Assembly (NCBI GenBank): GCA_964535555.1 | Contig: CAZHUS010000011.1 | Span: 16,804-80,803 of the forward strand | Length of the DNA stretch: 64,000 bases | Reading direction: 5' to 3' | Source of the DNA: an uncultured Verrucomicrobiota bacterium | GTDB lineage: Bacteria; Verrucomicrobiota; Verrucomicrobiia; Limisphaerales; J093 | Shown: positions 19,120-27,907 of the stretch, piece after piece | How the letters are laid out: every line of letters begins with the position of its first letter | Numbering within the stretch: the first letter of the stretch is position 1 | The notes under the pieces: model-generated | The model's database searches: none | What the model was told of the DNA's origin: nothing | What the model saw: only the letters and a program-made list of their open reading frames with translations | Program-made: the position numbers and the translations under genes

Positions 19120-19974
19120 TCAGTGGGTCATGACGTAATACAGCACGTTGATCGCCAGGGGATAGGCGGCCTTTTCGGAGAAATTGCGGAAGTAATACCC
19201 GTCCTCGCCTTCGCGTTCCCAGCCGTCGCCGTTGTCGGTGTTGTGCGTGGCCAGGACCATCAGGCGCTGGTCGTCGTCGAAGATGGCCTTGTGGTGCACC
19301 TCGCGGGCGTCGGGCCGCTCCCACGTGACGCCGTCGTCGCGGCTCGCGTCCACCCACCCGATCGCGGGAATCTGGTACTTCTCCTTGATCTCGAACACGC
19401 CGTGGTAGAGAGGATGATCGAGCCGCAGTTCCTCGAAGGCGCGGTTGGGGAACACCTCGCGCAGGACCTCCTCGCAGTTCTCCCATTCGCGTTCGCCCCA
19501 GAAATCATCCAGCCAGAGAAAACCGCCGTTGAGCAGGTACTCGCGGAGGGCGATGATCTCCTCCGGATCCAGCTCCAGTCCGCCCGGTTCGACGATGTAG
19601 ATGAACGGGTAGTTCCGGAGCTCGGGGTCCGTCAACCGGAGGATCCGGCCGTCGGGGTCGACTTTGAGCGAAGTGATCTGTTGCAGCCGGAACGAGAGAT
19701 TCAAGTCGCTGTCCGGCAGGTCCGTGGTCCAGCCGCCGCCCCGAAAGCCGCCCTGGCTGTACCGGACCCGCACGAACGTGAACACGTCCTTGTCGAACGC
19801 GGGCGGGTTCGTCCAGTTCGGCGTCCCGGTGCTGTGCGACGGGATTTCGCGGGCGGTGCGGAGGCTCTCGCCGTAGTCGCCGTACCAACCCCGTCCCCGG
19901 CGACGCTGCTGGCTGTACGCAACCACGGCCATCGCCAGCAGGCCAAGGAGAAGGATGGACTTCCAAACCCTCAT
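19120..19974 (-). CDS. DUF4159-like secreted protein (Bat-like operon member)
   Basis: The start MRVWKSILLLGLLAMAVVAYS at 19974 overlaps the upstream stop as ATGA. The signal peptide is followed by YPFIYIVEPGGLELDPEEIIALREYLLNGGFLWLDDFWG. Confidence 0.7.
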   Translation of the reverse strand: MRVWKSILLLGLLAMAVVAYSQQRRRGRGWYGDYGESLRTAREIPSHSTGTPNWTNPPAFDKDVFTFVRVRYSQGGFRGGGWTTDLPDSDLNLSFRLQQITSLKVDPDGRILRLTDPELRNYPFIYIVEPGGLELDPEEIIALREYLLNGGFLWLDDFWGEREWENCEEVLREVFPNRAFEELRLDHPLYHGVFEIKEKYQIPAIGWVDASRDDGVTWERPDAREVHHKAIFDDDQRLMVLATHNTDNGDGWEREGEDGYYFRNFSEKAAYPLAINVLYYVMTH

Positions 19975-22679
19975 TCCGCGGCGCCTCCTGCGGAGCTCGC
20001 CGGAAGCGCGGCCGTGTGCGTTTGGGCTGCGGGCGGAGGGGGAGATGGCTCCATTTCGAGCAGGAGCCGCAGGGCGTCGCGATAACGGGGCGCCTCCTCG
20101 AGCGCCTGGAGGAGGTGACGGCGCGCCGTCGGGTCTCCCAGGGCGTGGAGTTGACGGGCCAGACGATAGTGCACCTCGGCCGGGTTGGCGGGGTCCAGTT
20201 GCAGCAAGGCGCGGCAGGCAATGATGGTCGCCGATCGGTCGCCAATGCCCTCGGCGGCTTCCGCGAGGTAACGGTAGGGCGCCGCGACCAGCGGGTTCAC
20301 CGCGAGATAACGCCGGGCGTTGGCCACGACGGCCGGCCAATCCGTGGCCGCGCGGGCGAGTTCCATGAGACGCCCAAAGGCGTCCAGGGCCTCGCCATCC
20401 TGCTCCGCGAGCCTTCTCCAGGCCTCGCGTTCCGCGGCCTCGTCCCCGAGTTCGCGGCACACCTTCGCCAGGCTGCGGTAGGCGCTGTCCGAGCCGGTGA
20501 ACCGTGGGTACAAATCCACGAGCTGTTCCAGCACAGGTCGCGCGTCGGCCCAGCGCTTTTCCTCGATCAAGTCGTTCGCCTGACGCGTCAGGACGTAGAA
20601 GTTCTTCGGGTGGCCCCTGGCCCAGAGCTTCCAGGCCGTGTCGTCGGCACCACCGGTGAGCAGCGCTTCGAGTTCCGGCTTCTCCCAGTCGAGGCCGGGC
20701 GCGAGTTCGTCGGCCAGGCGCCGGGCGAAGGTCTCGAAGCCTTCCTCGAACTCGTCCATGGGCACCGTGTGCGCCTCGAGCGCGTCGTTGATGGCCTTGC
20801 CATCGCCGAGATCGCGGAGGATCGCCTGCAGCGCCCCGGCGCCGAAGCGGTCGACGAGGAACTCAATCACCAGCGAGGACTGGTAGTACGCAAACTGGAG
20901 GTGGGTGGGTGTCGGCGGCGACATGAACGCGCCGCTGAGCTCCGAAACCGGCGTGAGCTCGCCTTCCACAATCATCTCCCGGTACCGCGGAATGAGGCGC
21001 TCGCCCCAGGCGGGATTCGCCTGCCGCTCTTCGTAAACCGAAATCCCCTCGCTCACCCAGCGCGGCATCTTGTTGTGCGTCAACTGCAGCGTGATCACGT
21101 GGGTGAACTCGTGCCAGAGCATCGATTCCCAGTTGAAGGCCTGCCCCGGACGCGACGCCGGGCTGTTCGCGGTGATCACCTGGCCGAAGCAGACGCCCAG
21201 GAAACCATGGTTCTGCGGCATCCCAAACGTGCGCACGGCGAAGTCTTTCTGGTCGGCGAAGATCTCGATTCGCACGGGCCGGGTGAGCTCGAGGCCGTAC
21301 TTGGGACTGAGCCGGGCGCGCGCCTGTTCGAGCAACTCGAGCACCCGGGCACCGTAAAGGCCGGCTTCCTGGCGGGTCATCCGCACCACGAAATGCTCGT
21401 TCGTCAGAACGGCGAACTTGTCCATCGCATCCCGCAGCGTCACGAGGTTCAAAGCGGCGATGTCGTAGCCGTCGGCTTCGTGCACCTCGTCCGCAAGGCG
21501 CCAACCTTCCTCGTCCTCACCGAGCCGCAGGAGATCCTGGGCGAGCTGCGACTTCGCGGGGAGGAATTGGCGGTCGAATCGCAGCGCCCGCCGTTGCAGG
21601 GCCGCGCCTTCGGTAAAGCGATAGTTCTGGGACAGCTTGCGGCCCATGAGATGCGGCACGCGCGGATTCGTCGGCCAGAACTTCAGCGCCATCTCGACGG
21701 CTGCCTGCTCGCGGGCCGGCTGGTGCTCCAGGTGCGCGGCCACGGCGGCATACGCCCAGGCCTCCGGGTGGTAGGGATTCACCCCGTGGACGCGGCTGAT
21801 CAGGTTCCGGGCCTCGTCGTAGTTTTCCGCGTCAACCGCGCGGTCGATGAGGAGCAGGAGGCTGGAGACGTGGTTGGTATGGCGTTCGAGCGCCGCCTCG
21901 AGCGAGCTGATCATGAGCGTCTTCTCGCTGGGCTCGTACGCCCGGGCCAGGCCGAAGTGGAGATCGGGATCGTCGGGAAGCAGCTTGAGGCCGTCCTGAA
22001 ACGTCCGCGCTGCGAGCGCGTAATCTCCCTTCTCGAGCGCGAGGCCGCCGATGGCGAGGTAGGTGTCGCGCAGCTTGGGATCGAGCTTCTTCGCCGGTTC
22101 GAAGACCCGGTCCAGGACCCGTTTGGGGTCGAGGCCCTTGGCCATCGCGGCCTGGCCGAACACGACCAGGTCGGGCGCCTCCCGATACGCCCAGGGACGC
22201 GCGGTCACGAGTTCCGTGATCTCGTCCACGAACGCGGCGGCGCGTTCGGGCTGGTTCTGCATCTGGAGCACGTCGCGGCCAACCCAGCGCAGGCGGATGC
22301 TGCGTTGCTCGTGGGCGAGGGCGTTGGTGAGGGCGTTGTAGGCGTCAGGATAGCGGCCGAGCTCGAACAGCGACCGGACCAACAGGAGATGCCATTCGTG
22401 TTCGTCGCCCGTGTCTTCCACCCCTTTCTCGGCGGCGGCGATGCACTCCGCGTACCGACCCGCGAGGAAATCGCTGCGTCCCTGCTTGAGATCGGCCGCC
22501 CAGGCACCGGCGACCACCAACAGGGGGACCAGGAAAAGCAGAAAGCCGGGCAGCCCGGCGGGCCACGGGGTGCCCGCCCTGCCTGCTGGCGGTTCACAAG
22601 CTGCAAACCGGCCCCACGGCGCTCCGCGGTGCCGGGAGCGGGTGTGACAGCGACCGGGAATGTTGGTGATCCGCGGCAT
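19971..22679 (-). CDS. TPR-repeat protein with a peptidase-MA-like HExxH zinc-metalloprotease domain
   Basis: Start chosen is ATG at 22679, downstream of the repeat at 22748-22853. There is an N-terminal TM/signal (LPGFLLFLVPLLVVAGAWA) and several TPR-like helices. Zinc motif: WHEFTHVITLQ...WVSEGISVYEE. It is the first gene of the minus-strand operon. Confidence 0.75.
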   Translation of the reverse strand: MPRITNIPGRCHTRSRHRGAPWGRFAACEPPAGRAGTPWPAGLPGFLLFLVPLLVVAGAWAADLKQGRSDFLAGRYAECIAAAEKGVEDTGDEHEWHLLLVRSLFELGRYPDAYNALTNALAHEQRSIRLRWVGRDVLQMQNQPERAAAFVDEITELVTARPWAYREAPDLVVFGQAAMAKGLDPKRVLDRVFEPAKKLDPKLRDTYLAIGGLALEKGDYALAARTFQDGLKLLPDDPDLHFGLARAYEPSEKTLMISSLEAALERHTNHVSSLLLLIDRAVDAENYDEARNLISRVHGVNPYHPEAWAYAAVAAHLEHQPAREQAAVEMALKFWPTNPRVPHLMGRKLSQNYRFTEGAALQRRALRFDRQFLPAKSQLAQDLLRLGEDEEGWRLADEVHEADGYDIAALNLVTLRDAMDKFAVLTNEHFVVRMTRQEAGLYGARVLELLEQARARLSPKYGLELTRPVRIEIFADQKDFAVRTFGMPQNHGFLGVCFGQVITANSPASRPGQAFNWESMLWHEFTHVITLQLTHNKMPRWVSEGISVYEERQANPAWGERLIPRYREMIVEGELTPVSELSGAFMSPPTPTHLQFAYYQSSLVIEFLVDRFGAGALQAILRDLGDGKAINDALEAHTVPMDEFEEGFETFARRLADELAPGLDWEKPELEALLTGGADDTAWKLWARGHPKNFYVLTRQANDLIEEKRWADARPVLEQLVDLYPRFTGSDSAYRSLAKVCRELGDEAAEREAWRRLAEQDGEALDAFGRLMELARAATDWPAVVANARRYLAVNPLVAAPYRYLAEAAEGIGDRSATIIACRALLQLDPANPAEVHYRLARQLHALGDPTARRHLLQALEEAPRYRDALRLLLEMEPSPPPPAAQTHTAALPASSAGGAAE

Positions 22680-22747
22680 CGGCTGCTCCGAATGGCGGCA
22701 ATCTAGGGCACGACTCCGTGACCCACAAGCGCGCGGGGCGAAGAACC

Positions 22748-22853
22748 TTGGGGTCAAACCTTGACATTCGACATTCTCCCGCGGCGCGCCGGTGCCGATC
22801 TCAGCGCCAGAGTCCACGGGATGAATTGTCCAATAGTCAAGGTTTGACCCCAA
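22748..22853. repeat. inverted-repeat (MITE-like) element, family 2, copy 1
   Basis: Terminal inverted repeats are TTGGGGTCAAACCTTGAC...GTCAAGGTTTGACCCCAA (18 bp, perfect) with subterminal ATTCGACA / TGTCCAATA. It has the same architecture and orientation as 27822-27907. Confidence 0.85.
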
Positions 22854-22922
22854 CGGACACGGAGTGCTGCTTGCCCGGCGCTCCCGGATCAGACATGCTG
22901 GCTCCGCACTCGACGCACGGCC

Positions 22923-24122
22923 ATGGGGAAAAATCGGTCCGTGAGAACCGCCGCCATCCACCTCCTGCGATCCCCCGGCGCTTTCGCGCCCCACCGCGGC
23001 GCGTGGGAAACCCTCTGTCAGCGCGCAGGGTGCCACTCGCTCTTCCATTCGGCCGAGTGGCTCGGTGCGGCCTGGTCCTACCCCGGAAAGCCCTTCCTGC
23101 TCGCGGCCGTCGAGGACTCGTCGGGCTGGGCGGCGGCGCTGACGCTCTGCCCGCGGTTCGATACCGGCGGTCATCTGGTGCTTCCGGCGCGCGCCCTCAC
23201 GATTCTCCCCCACTTGATGTGGATCTATCCGTCCCTGCCGGTCGCTGCGTGCGCTCCGGACCGCGACCCGGGCCACGTGGATCGTCTGGTCGCCGAAGCG
23301 CTCGCGGCCCAGCCGTGGGATGTGCTGAGTTTCGACTATTTGTCAGCCGACACCGACTGGCTCGAGGACGGCGTCCGCCGCCTGGCAGCCCGGCGTGGCT
23401 GGCATGTCGAGTCCGTTCCCACCTCGGACGAGGCCTGGCTCGATTTCCCCGCGGGGCCGGAGGCCTACTGGGCGGAGCGTTCCGGATCGCTCAAGCGGAA
23501 GCTGGCGAAGGCCACGCGGGAACTCGCTGACCGCGCCCGGATCACTCACGAAGACCTCGCCGCCGGGGCACCCAACCTGACCGCCTGCTTCGAACGGTTC
23601 CAGCCCACGTTCGAACGCACGTGGCAGAAAGGGGCGGGTCTCAGCCCGTTCGACCAGCCGCACCGCGCGTCCAACCTGCAGGCGCTCGAACCGTTCTTCC
23701 GCACCGGTCGGATCTCGGTGCCGGCCCTGCTCGCCGACGGCGTGATCATCGCCTTCGAGTTCTGGGTCCGCGGAGGCGGCGAGCTGTTCGGCATCGCGCG
23801 CGGACACGACCCCGCATTCGCCCACTACTCGATCGGCAGCCAGCTCACGCAATGGACCATCGCGGAGGCGTTTCGCCGCGGCGTGACCCGCCTGTACCTC
23901 GGCCCGGTGAACGCCAGCCCGCACATGGCGTACAAGGAGCGCTGGCTGACCGGCCGCCGTCACAATCACCGGTTGGTCGTGACACGACCCCGCTCCCTTT
24001 ACGGAGGGGTCCACGGACTCCTGGCCCGGCACCCCCGGCTTCGCACGCTTTGGCGCAAGGCCCGCCTCGATGCGCTGGCCCGGGGCGCCTTCTACGCCCT
24101 GCGTGCGCTGAAACGCCGATGA
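22923..24122 (+). CDS. GNAT-superfamily acyltransferase, FemAB/CelD (BioF2-like, Acetyltransf_6) type
   Basis: The C-terminal half (FFRTGRISVPALLADGVIIAFEFWVRGGGELFGIARGHDPAFAHYSIGSQL...LYLGP) matches the GNAT fold pattern of CelD/FemAB-like proteins. The stop overlaps the NRPS start as ATGA. Confidence 0.6.
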   Translation: MGKNRSVRTAAIHLLRSPGAFAPHRGAWETLCQRAGCHSLFHSAEWLGAAWSYPGKPFLLAAVEDSSGWAAALTLCPRFDTGGHLVLPARALTILPHLMWIYPSLPVAACAPDRDPGHVDRLVAEALAAQPWDVLSFDYLSADTDWLEDGVRRLAARRGWHVESVPTSDEAWLDFPAGPEAYWAERSGSLKRKLAKATRELADRARITHEDLAAGAPNLTACFERFQPTFERTWQKGAGLSPFDQPHRASNLQALEPFFRTGRISVPALLADGVIIAFEFWVRGGGELFGIARGHDPAFAHYSIGSQLTQWTIAEAFRRGVTRLYLGPVNASPHMAYKERWLTGRRHNHRLVVTRPRSLYGGVHGLLARHPRLRTLWRKARLDALARGAFYALRALKRR

Positions 24123-27100
24123 CCTCGCACCCGGCGGCCCCCCTCCAGACGGCGATGCTCGCCACGACGCGAGCGCAGGCCGGGGCGTACGTCCAACAAG
24201 TCGAGATCGTCTTCCCGGACGGCACCGACCCGTCACGCCTTGCGTCCGGTTTCGTGCGGCTTACCGCACGCTTTCCGGCCCTGAATCAGGAGTTCACCCC
24301 AGACCTCCACGGCGGCTCGCGGGTGCAACTGAACGAGAACGCCAGGGTGGAGGTTCGGGAGGAGTCCGGTGCCGCACCCGACGCGGCGGCCTGGATGCAG
24401 CTGCTCGCCGTTGACCGCGCCGAAGGCGTGGATGGCCACCGGCTGCGGATCTGGCCACAAGCGCGCCGGGTCTTGTGGACCTTTCACCACGCCGTCCTGG
24501 ATGGACGCAGCACCGCCCGGGTCGTCCGCGCCTGGATCGACGAGGCAGCGGGGACCGCCCCGGACCCCGGCGCCCCATGGAGTCCTTGGAGGCCACTCGC
24601 GGACCCAGACGCCGTCCGCACCGCCCGCAAGTGGGCCGAACAGTTTCCCCCCGAGCCGGAGGACCCACCGCCCGGGCGTGTCGCGTATCAGTCCGCCGTT
24701 CGGCCTGTCGCCATCGATGCCGCCGCCGTGGCAGGCAGGCTCGGCGTTACGGTTCACACCCTCGCGCAGGCGACCGCGGCCCTCGTGGTGGGCCGAATGG
24801 TTGACCGTGATGCCGTGGTCCTTGGTCAGGTGCGCGCCTGCGGCCCGTCGGGCACGGTCGGGTTTGGCATCAACACGGTCCCTCTCGTCCTCGGCTGGGA
24901 TCCCGGCGAGCCGTTGCGGGCACTGCTGGCCCGCGCTCGCGAGGCCAGCCGTTCGTTACGGGAGGTTGCTCCCATGGCCCCGGCGCAATGGCTCAACTTG
25001 GTCCGCCCCCGGAGCCGGCAGGCCTGGGACGCCGTGCTCGTGTCCGAACGCGGAACTCTCGACGAGCTCGTGGCCCGGCCGGCCGCGCGGGTGACTCTGC
25101 ACGAGCGTTCCGACGATCCCGTCGTCCTCGCCGCCTATCTCGGGTCGGACGCGCGCGTGCAGGTCGAATCCACCGTCCTCGCGGCGCCGCTGAACGACTG
25201 GATCGCGGACACCTGGCGGGAGCTGCTCGAAACCCTCGGCGATCTGGCGGAGACGGCATGTCATCGGCTCCTGCCCCCCGAGCACGAGACAGCAACCGGT
25301 GACCCCGAGCCGCGCACCGCGTTGTATCCGGAGTTCGCGGCCGTGGCGCAGGCGCACCCCGACCGCCCAGCCATTGCCTCGCGTGGATCCGTCGTGACCT
25401 ACAGCCAGCTTGCCGAGGCGGCCGGCCACGTTGCGGCCACGCTCGCAACGGCCGGGGTTGCGCCGGGCGACCGGGTTGCGGTGCGGCTCACCGAGCGCCC
25501 GCTTCTGCCGTCGGTACTGCTGGCGACCCAGCAGGCCGGCGCGGTGTTCGTTCCCTTGGATCCGGAGCATCCGGCGGCGCGACACGATCGCATCTGGCAG
25601 GATGCCCGTCCGCGGCTGTTGGTCTCGGAAACCCCGCCCTGGCGCGAAGAAATCCCCCGCCTTGACCCGAAGGACTTGCCCGCGGTCGCGTCGGCGGCCG
25701 GGGGTGGATGTCTGCCGCAATTCGTGGACCCGGAGGCGCCAGCGGCCCTGCTCTATACGTCTGGAACGACGGGAGTGCCCAAGGGGGTAAGGCTCACCGG
25801 TGCGGCCATTGGGGCGGAGGCGCGCGCGATCGGGAGATTGATCGGCATCGGGACGGAGGACCGCGTGCTTCAGTTTGCGTCGCCCGGCTTCGATGCGTTT
25901 CTCGAGGAGGCGTTCCTCGCCCTGTTGCACGGCGCCACCCTGGTCCCACGTCCGCCGGACGCACTCGTGGATTTCGAGGCTTTCACGGCCTCGCTCGAAC
26001 GCGAACGCGTGACGATCGCGGACCTGCCAACGGCCTTCTGGCGGGGCTGGACGGCCTGGCTTGCGCAGAAGCCAGGAAGGTTTCCCGTCGGATTACGAGC
26101 GGTCATCATCGGTGGCGAGGCCGCAACCGAAGCGGCGCTGGAACACTGGCGTGCCGCGACGCCGGGCGGCTGTCAGCTCTGGAACACCTACGGTCCGACC
26201 GAGGCGACCATCGTGGCCACCGCGCATCCGCTTCACTCGATCCCCGGGGATGTCCGCGGGGATCCGCCCATCGGCCGCCCGCTGCCGGGAGTCGTGGTGC
26301 GCGTCGCGGGCCGGCATGGCTCGCCCCGGCCGCCGGGAATGCCCGGGGAGATGTGGATTTCCGGTCCAGGGGTTTCACCGGGCTATTGGGGACGCCCCGA
26401 ACTCGACGCAGTCGCGTTTGTGGAACACGACGACCGGCGCTGGTACCGGACGGGGGATCGCGCAAGGTGGAACGAGTCAGGCGATCTGGTGTTCCTCGGG
26501 CGGACCGACGACCAGATCAAGCTTCGGGGACACCGGATCGAGCCGGAGGAGGTCCGCCGGCAGGTCGAACGGGTCCCGGGCATCCAGGCCGCCCACGTGG
26601 GGCTGGCCGGCAATCCACCGATGCTGGTGGCGTGGGTGGTGGCGCAACCGGCAGGGGCGGAGGTGTCCGAGCGCGTCCGCCAGTCTCTGGCCACGGTGCT
26701 GCCCGCCCCGCTGGTTCCCGGCGCCGTGCTGAGGGTGGCCGCCCTGCCACTGACGGCCCGGGGCAAAGTGGACCGGACGCGCTTGCCGCTGCCTTCGGCA
26801 GGGAGCGTCGCCCTAGCGTCGGACGATCCCATGGTCGCGTGGGCCTGTCGCCTGTTCGCCGGCATCCTGCGTCGACCGGTCACCGAGATCGATCCTGCCC
26901 AGGACTTTCAGCGGCAGGGAGGCGACTCCCTTTTGGCGATGGAACTTTCGCTGCGGCTGCGGGAGGCTGGGCTTGCCCTCGAACCCGGCGAGCTTGCACA
27001 CGACTCCGCTCCGGTCGCCATCGCCCGACGCTTTGCCCATCCCACCCACACGACTCCCAGCCGCTGGGAACCCGTCGTCGTGCTGCGCCCAGGGAGCGAG

Positions 27101-27838
27101 GGTTTCCCTCCTTTGGTGCTGATCCACGCCACACCCGGCGATGTTCTCGGCTACGGAAACCTGGCCGCAGAACTGCCGGACAATGTGCCGTGCTGGGGGG
27201 TGGTTTCGAGGGTCTTGCACGAGCCGAACCATCCTCATCGCTCGATTCCGGAGATGGCGACGGATTACCTCCGCGCGCTTCAAGCACGGCTCGGCGGCAA
27301 GCCCTTCTTCCTCGGGGGCTGGTGCTACGGCGGACTGGTGGCCTACGAGATGGCGTGCGCCCTCGAACGCGCCGGACACCCAGCCCCGCTGCGGCTGCTG
27401 CTCCTCGAAACGTGGAGCCCTCCACCCGCAGCCTTCGCCCTCCGCCTGCATTGGCGCGCGCTGCAGTTACGGACGCTCCTGGGACAGCCGCGTGGATGGC
27501 TGGGCGCGTATCTCCGCCACAAGTGGCGGTGGGGACGCCCATCCGGTGCGGAGCCCGCCGCTTCCACCCCGCGTCGCGACGCCGCGGTGGCGCACAATCT
27601 GGCCGCGGCAGCCTGCTACCGGGCCGGGTCCTACCGGTTGCCGGTGGACTTGTTTCTCACGCCTGACCAGGGCACGGACGTGCTGCCGCTGCCCGAGGGA
27701 GGCTGGTCGGTGCTGGCACCGTCCCGGACCATGCACGCGTGCGCGGGAGGTCATGCGGACCTGCTGCATCCGCCTCACGTGGCTGGCTTGGCGGCGCGCA
27801 TCACGGGCCTGCTCGCTCAAATTGGGGTCAAACCTTGA
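24119..27838 (+). CDS. single-module non-ribosomal peptide synthetase, C-A-T-TE
   Basis: C domain: FHHAVLDGRS. A domain cores: LLYTSGTTGVPKG, NTYGPTE, GEMWISGPGVSPGYW, YRTGDRARW, GRTDDQIKLRGHRIEPEE, LTARGKVDR. T domain: GGDSLLAMEL. TE: LIHATPGDVLGY, GGWCYGG (Cys codon at 27323-27325), GGHADLL. The start at 24119 was chosen over the longer ORF. Confidence 0.9.
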   Translation: MTSHPAAPLQTAMLATTRAQAGAYVQQVEIVFPDGTDPSRLASGFVRLTARFPALNQEFTPDLHGGSRVQLNENARVEVREESGAAPDAAAWMQLLAVDRAEGVDGHRLRIWPQARRVLWTFHHAVLDGRSTARVVRAWIDEAAGTAPDPGAPWSPWRPLADPDAVRTARKWAEQFPPEPEDPPPGRVAYQSAVRPVAIDAAAVAGRLGVTVHTLAQATAALVVGRMVDRDAVVLGQVRACGPSGTVGFGINTVPLVLGWDPGEPLRALLARAREASRSLREVAPMAPAQWLNLVRPRSRQAWDAVLVSERGTLDELVARPAARVTLHERSDDPVVLAAYLGSDARVQVESTVLAAPLNDWIADTWRELLETLGDLAETACHRLLPPEHETATGDPEPRTALYPEFAAVAQAHPDRPAIASRGSVVTYSQLAEAAGHVAATLATAGVAPGDRVAVRLTERPLLPSVLLATQQAGAVFVPLDPEHPAARHDRIWQDARPRLLVSETPPWREEIPRLDPKDLPAVASAAGGGCLPQFVDPEAPAALLYTSGTTGVPKGVRLTGAAIGAEARAIGRLIGIGTEDRVLQFASPGFDAFLEEAFLALLHGATLVPRPPDALVDFEAFTASLERERVTIADLPTAFWRGWTAWLAQKPGRFPVGLRAVIIGGEAATEAALEHWRAATPGGCQLWNTYGPTEATIVATAHPLHSIPGDVRGDPPIGRPLPGVVVRVAGRHGSPRPPGMPGEMWISGPGVSPGYWGRPELDAVAFVEHDDRRWYRTGDRARWNESGDLVFLGRTDDQIKLRGHRIEPEEVRRQVERVPGIQAAHVGLAGNPPMLVAWVVAQPAGAEVSERVRQSLATVLPAPLVPGAVLRVAALPLTARGKVDRTRLPLPSAGSVALASDDPMVAWACRLFAGILRRPVTEIDPAQDFQRQGGDSLLAMELSLRLREAGLALEPGELAHDSAPVAIARRFAHPTHTTPSRWEPVVVLRPGSEGFPPLVLIHATPGDVLGYGNLAAELPDNVPCWGVVSRVLHEPNHPHRSIPEMATDYLRALQARLGGKPFFLGGWCYGGLVAYEMACALERAGHPAPLRLLLLETWSPPPAAFALRLHWRALQLRTLLGQPRGWLGAYLRHKWRWGRPSGAEPAASTPRRDAAVAHNLAAAACYRAGSYRLPVDLFLTPDQGTDVLPLPEGGWSVLAPSRTMHACAGGHADLLHPPHVAGLAARITGLLAQIGVKP

Positions 27839-27907
27839 CATTCGACAATCCCCCACGGCAGCGGCAACCGCGGCGACGAATGTCAAATAGTCAAGGTTTG
27901 ACCCCAA
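27822..27907. repeat. inverted-repeat (MITE-like) element, family 2, copy 2
   Basis: It has the same 18-bp termini as copy 1 (TTGGGGTCAAACCTTGAC / GTCAAGGTTTGACCCCAA). It lies between the convergent NRPS and fumC genes and overlaps both stop codons. Confidence 0.85.

Noticed and set aside
23621-24118. Long N-terminal extensions offered by the ORF track: NRPS from 23621, proA from 42852, nuoI from 48682, nuoG from 31830, the URO-D-like gene from 46748, the peptidase from 23276, and others.
   Set aside because: The extensions overlap well-supported upstream genes or repeat elements and translate to low-complexity sequence. Internal starts give canonical N-termini, often with an ATGA/GTGA overlap to the preceding stop.
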